Positions 37,163 to 51,002 of a stretch of DNA of 64,000 nucleotides are shown here, piece after piece; the first letter of the stretch is position 1, and every line of letters begins with the position of its first letter. Origin of the DNA: Basidiobolus meristosporus CBS 931.73. Lineage: Eukaryota > Fungi > Basidiobolomycota. The stretch covers positions 62,001 through 126,000 of the forward strand of contig MCFE01000001.1 of NCBI GenBank assembly GCA_002104905.1, written 5' to 3'. The translations under genes were made by a program, and so were the position numbers. Below the pieces are notes generated by a model, which was given only the letters and a program-made list of their open reading frames with translations, was not told where the DNA came from and did no database searches.

Positions 37163-40100
37163 GAGAATTCATGGGCAATGAATAAATGTATATTTGTAAT
37201 CATGTAGAGTATCAAGCCAGTTGGTAAGCATTGGAGTCAAAGTTTTTTGAATGCAGATATAGACAAGGGCTTAGTGGTCAGTGTGCAAAGTAAAAGGGTT
37301 ACCCCATAGATACTGGTGAAACTTCTTCAAGGCAAAGACTATGGTAAGTAGCTCCTTCTTAGTGGTAGAGTAGTTTCTCTCAGCAGGCTATAGGGATCTG
37401 GCTTGAAAAGATATCCAGTGAGGTGGATTTTGGTCTCTATCCCAGTATTGGACAGCCCCTGTCCCAACATTATATGATTCTGTAGCAACAACAAAGGTCT
37501 TAGTAAAGTCTGGGTAGGATATGGTGGGTGCTTGTGGAAGCAATTGGCAGAATGACTCAAATGCTTGGTCATGAGCCTTGTTCCTGGCTGAGGGAAGATC
37601 AGGACTATGGTATAATGTATCCATAGGGGCACTCATTAAGGACATGAGTGGTATGTGTTCCCTGAGTTAGTTGAATAGTCCTATATAGAGTTGAAGCTGC
37701 TTACTGCTAGTGGGTGTTTTCAATTCAGGAGTATTTACCAGTTTGAAAGGGTCTAGTTGGTGGCCTACTGGTGTGACTATGAATCCAAGCAGATTGATTT
37801 TGAGGCAAGCAAAACTACACTTTTCAGCATTGAAAATTAGTCCAGCTGCTGTCAATCTATTGATTATGTCAGTGACATGAGTTGCGTGATCATCACAGTT
37901 TGTGGAAAATATGATGACATCATCAACAAACACTAATACTTATGGTGCCTTCTTGAGTATTATTGTCATAACTCTCTGGAACTAGCTGGTATGTGTCCTT
38001 AGGCCAAAGCAAGCTCCCTGAAACATCCATTGCATATTATTCCAAGTAAAGGCAGCCTTATGCTAATAATTGGGATGGATCTGGAATTGGTGATATGCAT
38101 CATCCAAGCCTGCCTTGGAGAATATTTTAGCTCTTGATAGTGAGGAAAAGATATCCTGAGTTCTTGCAATTGGATGTTTATGATCTTGGAGAAGTTTGCT
38201 CAGAGGTCCAGGGTCCAATCAGGGTCTCTTCAGATTTGAATTTCCATCAGTATATTTCCTAGGTGCCAGCATCAAAGGGCTGCTAAGTGTTGTGATGACA
38301 GGGGTTTGAGTGCTAATTCCATTGTCTGCCCACTTTTGGACTAATCATCAACTAAGTGTTGACATAAATGTGGAATGGGTATTGTCTCTTCTATGTTGAC
38401 TCACCAGATAGGGTTTCTAGTGTAACAATAGATTCTGCAATAGTGCAAAAACTGTTTCCTGGAATGGCTTGGTTTCTCTCTATGGCTAGCTGATTATCCA
38501 ATTTGACTGATTGAGAATATGCTTGAAAAGTTGGGGTTGACTCCTCCTCATCTGGATGGGGTGAGATAATTTCTGGAATCTGACTATTATGGGTGGCTGA
38601 GATTTAGTGATTCCAGAATAGGAAACTGGTAGTCTGCCTATGTGAAAGCCAAGTTTGATGAAGGTGTCTAGACCAATGACTACCTGAGGTCCAACTGGAA
38701 TGTCAATAACTTCTTTTCATCGATTATAGTTATTGAACCACAATGTATGCTGATTGGGTTGGTGATACCAATTCCTGTGGCTGAGAGGTCCTTAACAGTA
38801 AGTATGATTTTCCAGGTTGCTCTTGTATTCTTAATTTGAGTACTTTGACTACATTAGGTGATACAATAGAGTTGAATGATTCAGTATCAAGAAATGCTAC
38901 ATATGATTGGCTGCTGAGATTCAGTGGCACCTTTATGGCTTTTATCTGAGTGATTGGTTTCTTCTTTTCTTGAACAGTTGCCATTTTAGCTGGAAATTCA
39001 AAGAGGTTGTGATAATCTCAAACTCTAAGTTCTTCATATGCTTCCTCATACGCTGTCATATCATTGGTAGAGTGATCATCTAAGATCTGAGCAATTCTTG
39101 CCAATGGTGTAGAGTTCTTCTCAGGACAGGCAGGTAATTTATGTCCTATCTTTCCACACTTAAAGCATTTGTCATCAGCATGTGGATTATCAGTTCTGGT
39201 GTTTTGCTGCTTCCCTGAGGTGTTTCCTGACTTGTTTGACTGCTTGGTGAAGCCTTTGTATTCACTAGTAGAATGATAGCATCTTTCATGAAGCACACAA
39301 TGCTTAGTAGCAGTTGAATTCCTTTTGGTCACATGATAGTTCTCTTTTCTGGTTGTTGCCAGATATTGAGTGGAGTTGCCTGAAGCCTGGCAAGCAGGAT
39401 TAGAGGATTTTCAATGCTGTCAATTACTCTAGGAACAGTCTCCAGAGCTTCTTTGATAATTCCAATTTCATCATGGTAAGCAGATATAACTTCAAGGAGT
39501 TCATCTCTACAATGATTGTTAGATCTTGTCTTGGCATGCCTTGAGTGCTCAAGCATCAGGGTGTTTCTTTCATGCATGATCTTTTCAAGCTGTTCAATTT
39601 GTTCTTCCTGATTTCTTTGGGCTTCTTCCAGCATGGAAAGATTTGGATTGCTTGCTGCTGAGGACATCTTATAAAGTGGTTGAATATAATGGAATTTAAT
39701 GAAAAAATGGTGTATCTAAGAGAAAAGTGCAATAAAAATCTTGAATGGTTTAGCTGAACCTAGGTGACAACTAAGTGCAGAATCTTCAAATTGTCAGAGA
39801 GTGGCACAAATATTAGCAGAGAGGGTCTGGTCTAATATTGGTCTTGTATATAGCTGGGTTTGGCTACAAAGGCAACAGAGTTGGTTTGCTATGCAGGCTA
39901 GGCTTGGTGTTCTTGGGAGTGCAAGATATGCTTGGCTTGGGTAGAAACTAGAATGTAATTGTTGAGTTCTTAATTTTGCTGAGACAAAATCTCAATTTTG
40001 TTGCAACACTCACTAAACCAAAAGGTTCAGTAAGCCTTATTTATACTTTTTGGATCAAGTTGAATTAGTAAGCACCAAGACACTGGACTAATTGGAATCA

Positions 40101-40404
40101 GTTTGGATGTTGATAGGCACATGAGATAAATGAAAATTGCATCATCAATCATCTGATGTCTTGGCAACTGCTAAGTGGTTATATAGATTGCAGATGACTT
40201 ATCACTTGGAAAGGCTTAGCAGATCAGTAGAGGACATAATGACCACATGAAAATTGATCAGGTGTGATAGCCAAAAATAGATTCTGAGAAGTGATAAAAT
40301 AAACCATAACAGGCATTTGTTATGTTTAGGTCAGGGAAAATGGGTTAGGGTACTGATTTTCTCACAGAGTAAATTGGCTAAGATCTAAATGTTGATGCAT
40401 AACA
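37163..40404 (-). mobile_element. Gypsy family-B element: 5' LTR 39708-40404, ORF1, gag, protease, RT, RNase H; integrase missing
   Basis: CFKCGKIGHKLPAC, AFLDTES, FVDDVIIFS and FVVATESYNVGTGAV; stops throughout. Confidence 0.85.
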
Positions 40405-41552
40405 CCATGTATCCCTATGAAAAATGCCACAGTTGGTATTTGCTGGAATCTAAGCTAGTATTGAGCTGTTGTACTGATGGTATCATGCCAGTATTGGGCT
40501 GGTGTTTCTATTTCAGATTTCCAGTTGCAAATCATGGTGGAAGCAATCAGTAGCTGATTACCAGATTTGGTATGAATGATAGTCAGCCTAGTTACCCCTG
40601 GGAAAGGATGTCTGGTTGTCTGCTGTGTAGCTAGTACCTGATATATTTGGAGTTGTCACTTTTGGGAAAGTCAAAGTTTGATAGATATTGCAACATTATT
40701 CTACTGGCCTTTTCTTAGACTCCTTTTCTTTGGGCATTACTGGCTAATAGAAGAAATAGTTGCAAATATACCAACCAATCCATTATCTAGAGAGAATTTT
40801 AATATTACAGAATGCAGTTAGACCTTTTGAATATATGCATCTGGTATCTTACACTGTGTATTTGCTTTGGAATATACACTTAGCTTGGTGACTTATGCCA
40901 CAATCTACAAATCCTGAAGAATTCTGGCCATAACTTTTATTGGATGTATGAGGAGTGTTCCTCCAGGATATTAGATACCCAGGACATGCAGGATTGCAGA
41001 GCTGTCCAAAACACTCCAAGCTATGCATATATTCTATTGGGATACTCCTTAGCATATCTAAGAGGTTTTGCTTTCAAGACTTTGTAAAGTATCTATATTA
41101 CTTAAACACTTGATGAATCATTGAGCAAGAACCTCAGGATCTTCTTATGCCACCAACCACTTGCAATATGCCCAGACCTTGCACAGCAAAAGCTGCATAA
41201 CCTCCTTGTTCTAGTCATACCCCAAGAAAAAAACTGAGAAAAGGCTGGCAGAATATCCTCATAATATCAGCTCAACTCCAAGTTTCTCAAAGATGACAAC
41301 TCTCAACATCTAGGTACTGGCTCTTATGCTAACAAGTTGACATATTCTCCTGGAGGAGAATAAATCAACCTGTATTCATACTAAGCTTGGTAATCAGCTG
41401 CTCACTACTTCTGCCAAGAATTGCAACTGAAATTTTGAAGAGTGAGCACCAGCTGAACACCAGGAAAGTACTATTGGAACAGCAGCAGAATACCAGCTGA
41501 GAATCAGATGAATTTCAAGTCTGGGATGTTCTGTAGGGAATGGATACATTCA

Positions 41553-41685
41553 TGCTTAGAAAGCTCCCAAGAACATGGATACATAGTTTGTGGATCTTTG
41601 GACAACTTTGAGATTTTTCATGTGTTGACCACCTGATATTTTGGTGAAGTATTCAAGTAGATCCTAACCAGAGATTTGGGCAGAA
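41553..41685 (-). repeat. Diverged fragment related to the 348-bp copia LTR
   Basis: The minus strand reads ttcaccaaaatatcagg...catgaaaaatctcaaagttgtccaaa...catgttcttggga. Confidence 0.6.
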
Positions 41686-42234
41686 TTCTCCAAAATATGT
41701 ATGCTGTGGCCCAAGTCAGATGGAGCATAGAGTCATTTGTTTTGTTTTGGGATCTAATTGCAAGGTGGGTCAGTAGAGGGTTAAGGGCAAGGGTGGGGTT
41801 ACAAGTGCACCTATACATCCACAGTTGGACAAGTGGTGAGCCAGCACTATCATATGTGGATTCAGCTGATAGGTAAAGGGCGGTTGGAAAGAGTTAGAAT
41901 AAAGCTACCATGTAAATGATGTTGTTAAGCCTAGTATCCCCAAGTGGGCATGATTACTGAGTGAAGGTGGTGCCTGATGCTACAAGGAGCTATTTTATCC
42001 AAAGGTAGACCTTACCAGATAGATGATAAACTCCAGCTGGGGGCAATCATGATGTCACATCTCTCAGTAAAGGGCTACACAGGGAAGATGGTATGGGTAC
42101 ACGGGAGATGGGGGACTGAAAGGGCAGTGGGATTGGGTCTGATGAGAAGATTCGGCGTAAACATCCACGAAGACATGGAGACACGGGTAAAAGTGGACAT
42201 GGACGTGGAGAAGGGGCCCCGCGCACGAACCAGG

Positions 42235-44540
<2,306 letters not shown>

Positions 44541-44896
44541 CTGCTTCGCTCACCAAACGCAACGATAACGGGAAAAAGGTAGGTACGACTGAGAGCACGT
44601 CGAGCAAACAACCACTCAACGCAATACGAAGTAGGAGAATATCGGAAGCTAGGCTAACCAGTGGATGGTTGGCTTTGGACACGCACCAACGCAGAATACC
44701 GGTGATGTGTCTAGGGCTGGGAATGACTGCTTCCGGAATCCATGGGGAATACTATGATCGATGTCAGAATCCAGGAGCTTTTATTGCCGGACAAATATGG
44801 TGGTTCTATTCAGAATGGGATCATTGGTTGGTAGGATCCAGGGGAATTTACAAGCTTCGAGGGGTAGTGGTGATGCTTACTAGTGTTACAATTTGT

Positions 44897-46315
44897 CTAT
44901 TCTACGTGGAGGTGGCCACGGGCCTCGTGCGCGGCCACCTTCATGATGAACGATACTTGGTTGGCGACATCGCGCAGGGAGCCGATGACGATCCCATTGC
45001 CTTTGATGAAGCCGTGGTGATGGTACTCCAGGTCAACCTCATCGCAGAACTCCTGGACGAGAGGCTGAACGCGTCGGAGATTGTGGCGAGGCACCCGTGG
45101 GAAGAGGTGGTGGATGGTTTGGAACTGCAGTCCACCATGGAACCAGTCGAACCAGGCGGGGCAGTCGACATCCATAGTGGTACGAAGCTGGCGAGAAGCG
45201 AAGCTCTCATCCGGGCCGTGGTCATCGGTGGACATCCCGTAATGGGAAAGGGTGATCTGAACGTGGAGCATCATGGTGAAGACGTGGGATACCATAATGT
45301 ACATGAAGATCATCCCCCAACTAGGAAGGAACGACACCAGATAGGAATACCACGAGCAGAAGAATGCCAGTCCCAGCAGCTCCCACTTACGAAGAGGGGC
45401 GTGCTCGTCGGTGATTAGGAAGATTAGCCCCTGGACGTAGAGGTTGAACCTGCCAAAGCAAAGGATGGGATAGTACAAGTAATGCTGGACCGAGATGAGC
45501 ACCTTGGAGGCGCCGTCGAATTCCAGGATCTTGTTGTGGTAGGTGGAGAACAGGTTGTTGAAAAACTGGGACGTGACTGCAAAGAAGGGTAGGAGCTGGA
45601 TGTCGGGGTCGTGCTCGGGATGGTTGGTGATGATGTGATGAACGTTGTGGCTCTTCTTCCACCAGCCGATGGACAGGCCGCCCAGGTAGTTGCCCAGGAG
45701 AATCCCGATAACGCTGTCATACTTCATGTTCTGGGTGATCTCGTTGTGGCCGGCATCATGGGCACAGAAAGCGCTTTGGTGCCAGACGAAAGCGTTCGCC
45801 AGCGCAGCAATGAGATAGTTCCAGTAGGTTTTCGGTCCCCAGAGGATCAGGCCCACCATGATTGCAAAGGCGATAGTGCAACGGATGGCCTCCCACGCGT
45901 AGCACCGATAGTTCGTTTCGTACAGACCAAGCGAGCGAATCTTTGTATCAAGGCGCTTGTAGGACTCGGAAATTCTTTGCTGGGCTTTCAGATCGACCGT
46001 GCGGCCTGCGCTCATGAGAGGCTCTTCCACCAGATCTCCGACGTAGAAGTGCTTCATTTTCTTGGTGAGGACCCATTCGGGATGCATCGCCTGAACCACG
46101 TCAGTGGCATCTTTACCGAGCATGTGTCTCACGGCAAGCTCACCACCAGGATGGTACTTGATCCATTTGTTCAATTTGTAGACCTGTGCCTTATAGATGA
46201 TTAAGATCTCCCCGTTCTGTACGCGGGTCCTCACCTCCGACATGGTGAAAGACGGAGGCCCATGTGGCAAAGGGGTGTGGACATGAACTGCCTCAAAGGA
46301 CTGTGGAGGAGACAT
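44897..46315 (-). CDS. SLD1: Cytochrome b5-fused front-end desaturase, most like sphingolipid delta-8 desaturase; intronless
   Basis: HPGG, HDAGH, HNVHH and QTIHH boxes in a 472-aa ORF. Confidence 0.88.
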   Translation of the reverse strand: MSPPQSFEAVHVHTPLPHGPPSFTMSEVRTRVQNGEILIIYKAQVYKLNKWIKYHPGGELAVRHMLGKDATDVVQAMHPEWVLTKKMKHFYVGDLVEEPLMSAGRTVDLKAQQRISESYKRLDTKIRSLGLYETNYRCYAWEAIRCTIAFAIMVGLILWGPKTYWNYLIAALANAFVWHQSAFCAHDAGHNEITQNMKYDSVIGILLGNYLGGLSIGWWKKSHNVHHIITNHPEHDPDIQLLPFFAVTSQFFNNLFSTYHNKILEFDGASKVLISVQHYLYYPILCFGRFNLYVQGLIFLITDEHAPLRKWELLGLAFFCSWYSYLVSFLPSWGMIFMYIMVSHVFTMMLHVQITLSHYGMSTDDHGPDESFASRQLRTTMDVDCPAWFDWFHGGLQFQTIHHLFPRVPRHNLRRVQPLVQEFCDEVDLEYHHHGFIKGNGIVIGSLRDVANQVSFIMKVAAHEARGHLHVE

Positions 46316-46880
46316 GAGCGAAGGAAATTGTCAGTCCAGATGTGTAATGTGCTGCGTTTTATTCCAATCCACCGCCAAGCAACCTCGATGTGTATTGTCA
46401 TAATACCTGCCAAGCATTGACCAATCATCTCCCCTCGCTTGTGGCACCGTGGAAGGTGTCTCTGGGAAACTCTATTGAAATATCCCAATTGGGAAGTCCT
46501 TGGACGACGCTAATAATCCTAATCTAAGATTCTTGACTGGCCCAGCACCTCCAAATAAGATTATCAGCTCCATTGCGCTTTGGACCAAATTGGCCTGAAG
46601 TAACGTTTATTCTTAGGGAGCAATCCGATTAGTAGCAATGGTTGCCATCTGGGCGTACAAGCTCGCAAAATCATGACAACTGGAGAGCAACTGCACCACC
46701 CTCCCACCTTGACTCTCGACACGCATTGGCTAGAAGAAAAAGGGAATGAATCCGGCTCTACCCCATTCTTACATATTCACATTCATTTACTTGATTCCTA
46801 TACATAGATATCACCATCCCAAAGTGTGTCATGCACGCAATTTCCACGGTTGGCGGCGACTAATCAAGCTGGTTAAGTAC

Positions 46881-46905
46881 AATCAACTCTCGCGGAGAGT
46901 TGATT
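46881..46905. repeat. Perfect 11-bp inverted repeat in the divergent desaturase/SIT4 promoter
   Basis: aatcaactctc-gcg-gagagttgatt. Confidence 0.8.
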
Positions 46906-47111
46906 AAATCCCACCAAAGTATATAATCACTTGAGGCCACTCAAAATCCGCCCAAGATCCACATTAATACCATCATCAATAGCATCATGGACGCCCTGTC
47001 TCTTTGCGAATCCCTTTTTTATACACAACCTATCCCTCCCTGCTGGTTGACGTAGTTCCGCCAAACCCCACATATTCGTTCTACATACACACCCACACAC
47101 ACATACAGAGC

Positions 47112-48549
47112 ATGGGCTGTCCTGCGGAATGGTTGGATACGATTCTCGAGTGTAAGCACCTGTCGGAGCAGGACATGAAAAAACTTTGCGAAATGGTAAC
47201 CACCTCACTTCCACACCAACTTCCACCCAAAACCCCGACCCCGACGCCCTTTCGGGCCTCCGGGGAGTTGCGTATGTGGAGAACGGCAGATCCTTTGGAA
47301 CATGTACTTACGGTCCTTTATTTCTCCCTTGGGGAAACGTGGTTCTCTCAGGTCAAAGAATTGTTGATGGAAGAGTCGAACGTTCAACCAGTCCATTCCC
47401 CAGTCACCGTGTGCGGTGATATACACGGGCAATTCTACGATCTGAAAGAGCTGTTTCGCGTTGGTGGAGAGATCCCCGAAACCAACTACATCTTCATGGT
47501 ACGGTAGTCGAGTTCTTCCGGAAGAGCATTCACCCCCCCCCTCACATCTGCGCGTCTGACCACTTGCGTTCGCTATAGGGGGATTTTGTAGATCGAGGTT
47601 ACTATAGTTTAGAGACGTTCACCTTGCTGATGGTATTAAAAGCACGGTATCCGGACAAGATCACCTTGTTACGCGGTAACCACGAGAGCCGACAGATCAC
47701 CCAGGTTTATGGCTTTTATGGTAGGCTCACCCCCCCCCCTCCTTATTACAACCACCCGTTTTATGCTGAGCAACAACCAACTCATCTCTTCTCCTCCCCC
47801 TCCCGACTCTCATCAGACGAGTGCCAGACCAAATATGGAAACGCAAATGTCTGGAAATACTGTTGCCAAGTGTTCGACTACTTGACCGTGGCCGCGGTAA
47901 CTTCACCCTGTTACTTCTGCACCGCCAAAGAACCCACACTAAACTGCGCTTGCTTAGATCATCGACGGGAGTATCCTATGTGTTCACGGAGGGCTTTCCC
48001 CTGATGTGAGAACCCTAGATCAGATCCGAACAATACAGCGCTGCCAAGAGATCCCACACGAAGGATCATTCTGTGGTAAGTACAGCATTCGACAGCATGA
48101 CAAGGCAACTTTCTCACGCAATCCCGCTTAGATCTGATGTGGTCGGATCCCGAGGAAATAGATGGCTGGGCCGTGAGCCCAAGAGGAGCCGGTTGGCTGT
48201 TTGGAGGTAGAGTGACCAGCGAGGTAAGTGAACCCAAGGTAGACCGGTTCGATGCACATGTCGAAACTGAACCACACCCCGACAGTTCAACCAAGTGAAC
48301 GGACTTGACCTGGTCGCACGTGCGCATCAGCTTGTCCAGGAAGGCTACAAGTTCATGTTCCCGGACGAAAACCTGGTCACCGTGTGGTCCGCTCCCAACT
48401 ACTGCTACCGCTGCGGGAATGTGGCGAGTATCATGCAGGTGAAAGAGAATTCGGTGGTCGACGAGAGAAGCTTCAAAATCTTCGAGGCGGTTCCAGACCA
48501 GGAACGTACCGCTCCTGCCAGGTCAGGTGGCACCCCGTATTTCCTCTAA
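47112..48549 (+). CDS. SIT4: PP6/Sit4 Ser/Thr phosphatase catalytic subunit, multi-exon
   Basis: [40 protein letters not shown] and C-terminal TPYFL. Confidence 0.93.
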
Positions 48550-48804
48550 TCCTCCAAGTATGCACACACAATAAATTGGTCTTGTAACATCACCCCAACA
48601 CCACACCTCGCATAGAGTCACGTCCCGTTTTATTCAAAAAGTATCTGGGTAGCGAAGCTGGATAGGACATGAGGATTAGGGTGCATAGAAAGACCGGTTT
48701 TGTCCACCTCAGTTGAGGTCAACTGGAGTAGTAAAGAAGGTTCAAAAATAGTGAGTGCGTTCTTCTACCAAACGAATAGAACTGGTGGTCATTCTTTGGG
48801 TAAC

Positions 48805-49185
48805 TTAGTCTCTATGTTGTTTCTTGTGAAGCCATGTCTAACGAAGGAACCGGTGAGTCATCTGAAATGGAAAGCAACTGGTGGAGGGTGCATGACGTAC
48901 CTGGCAGAGGGACAACGCCAAGAAAGCAGCGTAGATTCCGGCGGCGACGAAACAGCCAAGGGCAACAGCCTGGGGATCCTTGGGCGCCTTGTCGCCTTCA
49001 GTAAGCTCGTGGACCTCGATTTTGAAGAGAGCACCAAGAACAACCTAACAAACGTGGACCTGGAGGGTCAGAAAAGGGGAGCCAACTCTGAGATGGAAGG
49101 GGCCACTTACCAGGAAAATGATACCGATCACGCTTAAGATGCTACAGCAGATAGCGCATGCTGGGGGACAGAAAGCCAACTTCAT
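48805..49185 (-). CDS. RNASEK: V-ATPase Vo subunit f / RNase-kappa-like membrane microprotein, 83 aa, 3 exons
   Basis: Exons 49185-49111, 49044-48901 and 48837-48805 give MKLAFCPPACAICCSILSVIGIIFLVVLGALFKIEVHELTEGDKAPKDPQAVALGCFVAAGIYAAFLALSLCQTWLHKKQHRD; GT-AG introns. Confidence 0.8.
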
Positions 49186-49717
49186 TTGGAGGGGAAAGGA
49201 CTGAAGGAAGGGGGGCTGGCGGCTGAGTTACCAAGGAGGGAACCTGAATAACAATTCTTGACGACAAGGTGGCTAAAAGTAGGTACCAATAGGCAGGCCC
49301 CTTAAAATCAAAGTGTGGAAGTGTAGGAAATTCCTACATAGGCCCCGGTTTTGCCACACGATTTGGGATTAGGAAAAATGGTCATGCATATGTATATATG
49401 TATCAAATGAGTACTTGATGAACGACCAAGAACGTTCTAAAAGAATTTGTTTATCCCAAGTAGTCGTCCTCGCCCACGCATCCCAAGCAGGCAGCAGTTA
49501 ATGATTCACTCAATACCACATTCCCTTGGGATTAAGCTTAATTTTGAGTAACCATGGGAGCAATGATCCACTCTGCCTAAACACTTGCTTTGATTCTTAC
49601 TATGCTGACTAAATTCATGTTTATCAAGATTAGTCATCCTATATGAGATTGCTACTCTTCGGGACATTGAAAAGGTGGTGGTAGGCCCTCAGGTTCTGGG
49701 ACCTTCGCCTGTACGAG

Positions 49718-50626
49718 ATGACCAAATTCTATTCCAAGCTTTCTATAGTTGTCGCCAGACACGGCGAGACCGAATATAATAAGCCTCCTGTGAGGCTGCA
49801 AGGGCAGCTTGGTAAGACCAGTCAAACCATTCGCATAGGCTACGAACCACTCAATCTTTTCTCCTCCTCACAGACGTGCCGTTGAATGATACCGGAAAGT
49901 TGCAGGCGAGGGCGTTGGGAGGTCGTTTGAGTACAGAAGAGTTTGACGTCGTTTACTGTAGTGACCTGTCACGTACGAAGCAGGTCAGTTGCAGGAGAGT
50001 GGGTGGTGCTTCGGTTGGATGCTAAGTGCTTGAGACGTTTAGACTCTGGAACCATTGTTGGAGGTCAAACCGAATACCCGAGTGGTTTACGAACCTAGAT
50101 TACGTGAACGAGTGAGTAAAGCAGGTCTCCACGATAGATACCCCTGACCGGAAGGCTAAACCCCCTTCGGTAGGATGTAGGCTCCTTGACCGACATGCTC
50201 TGGTCGGAGGCCAAGACCACCATCGACGAAGCAGGAAAGACTTTCGAAGAGTACGTCGCGCTGAGTGGAGAGAGCGCAGAGCAATTTTACAGTAGGGTGT
50301 GCGAGTTCTGGGACACGTTGGTCAAGACATATCTGACCAACGATGAGCAAGAGGATGGTGACGAGCTTAGGGTCCTTATCATAACTCATGGTGGAGTGAT
50401 CGCCAACCTGATGAAATATCTGAAGAAGCAGCTCCACTACGAGAACACAAACCCTCAGGCGGAGAGACAGATCAGCAAAAACACCGCGGTCTACAAGATA
50501 CAGGTGGATCGGGGTGCCGGGTCGATACTGCTGAATAATTGCACTGCACACCTTGACGTCCAGCCATCCGAGCACTACAGCGCAAAACTCTTGAGCGATT
50601 TCGCACAGAAGATGAATTACTATTAA
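49718..50626 (+). CDS. Histidine phosphatase (phosphoglycerate mutase/TIGAR-like), multi-exon
   Basis: VARHGETEYN, LNDTGKLQA, YCSDLSRTKQ, LIITHGG and NCTAHL. Confidence 0.85.
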
Positions 50627-50898
50627 ATAATAAATGACGCGCTGCGGATACCCAGAACAAAAGAGGCACTTGGATTGTTTCCTATGAAAGATGTCTAGTC
50701 TCTTGATAGTTGTTGCCCGACACGGCGAAATCGGTGAGGCTACAGGGGCAGAAATGTAGTGACGCTGGATGAAGGGCAGGTTGTGGGGTAAAGTACGTGT
50801 GGACGGTGATAAGAGCGAGGTGCTGGTGCGCAACTGTACTGCGCATCTCATTGAACGATACATGCAACATCCCAATAAATTCGAATCATGCCATGCTG

Positions 50899-50922
50899 CC
50901 ATGACCATGACCATGACCATGA
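50899..50922 (+). repeat. (CCATGA)4 microsatellite upstream of the OCRL-like gene
   Basis: ccatgaccatgaccatgaccatga. Confidence 0.9.
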
Positions 50923-51002
50923 CCTGGTGTGCAGATTAATCGATTTAATCAAAAGTGAATTTCCATCTACACAGCACCCACGACCAAGTGGGTCAACACA
51001 GA

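Noticed and set aside
40405-41550. CpG-depleted segment, probably an old transposon
   Set aside because: No motif or in-window paralogue that I can support.
44669-45418. 249-aa plus-strand ORF, and 45611..46204
   Set aside because: Antisense to the desaturase; expected from codon bias.
48838-48900. Alternative 39-nt last intron (acceptor at 48862) giving ...CQMTHRFLR
   Set aside because: Very short with no clear branch point. The 63-nt intron has TGACTCAC before the AG and gives a better C-terminus. It is not fully excluded.
48700-49137. 145-aa plus-strand ORF
   Set aside because: Shadow of the spliced V-ATPase f-like gene on the minus strand.
50156-50920. 254-aa minus-strand ORF
   Set aside because: Overlaps the histidine phosphatase exon and intergenic DNA, with no motifs.
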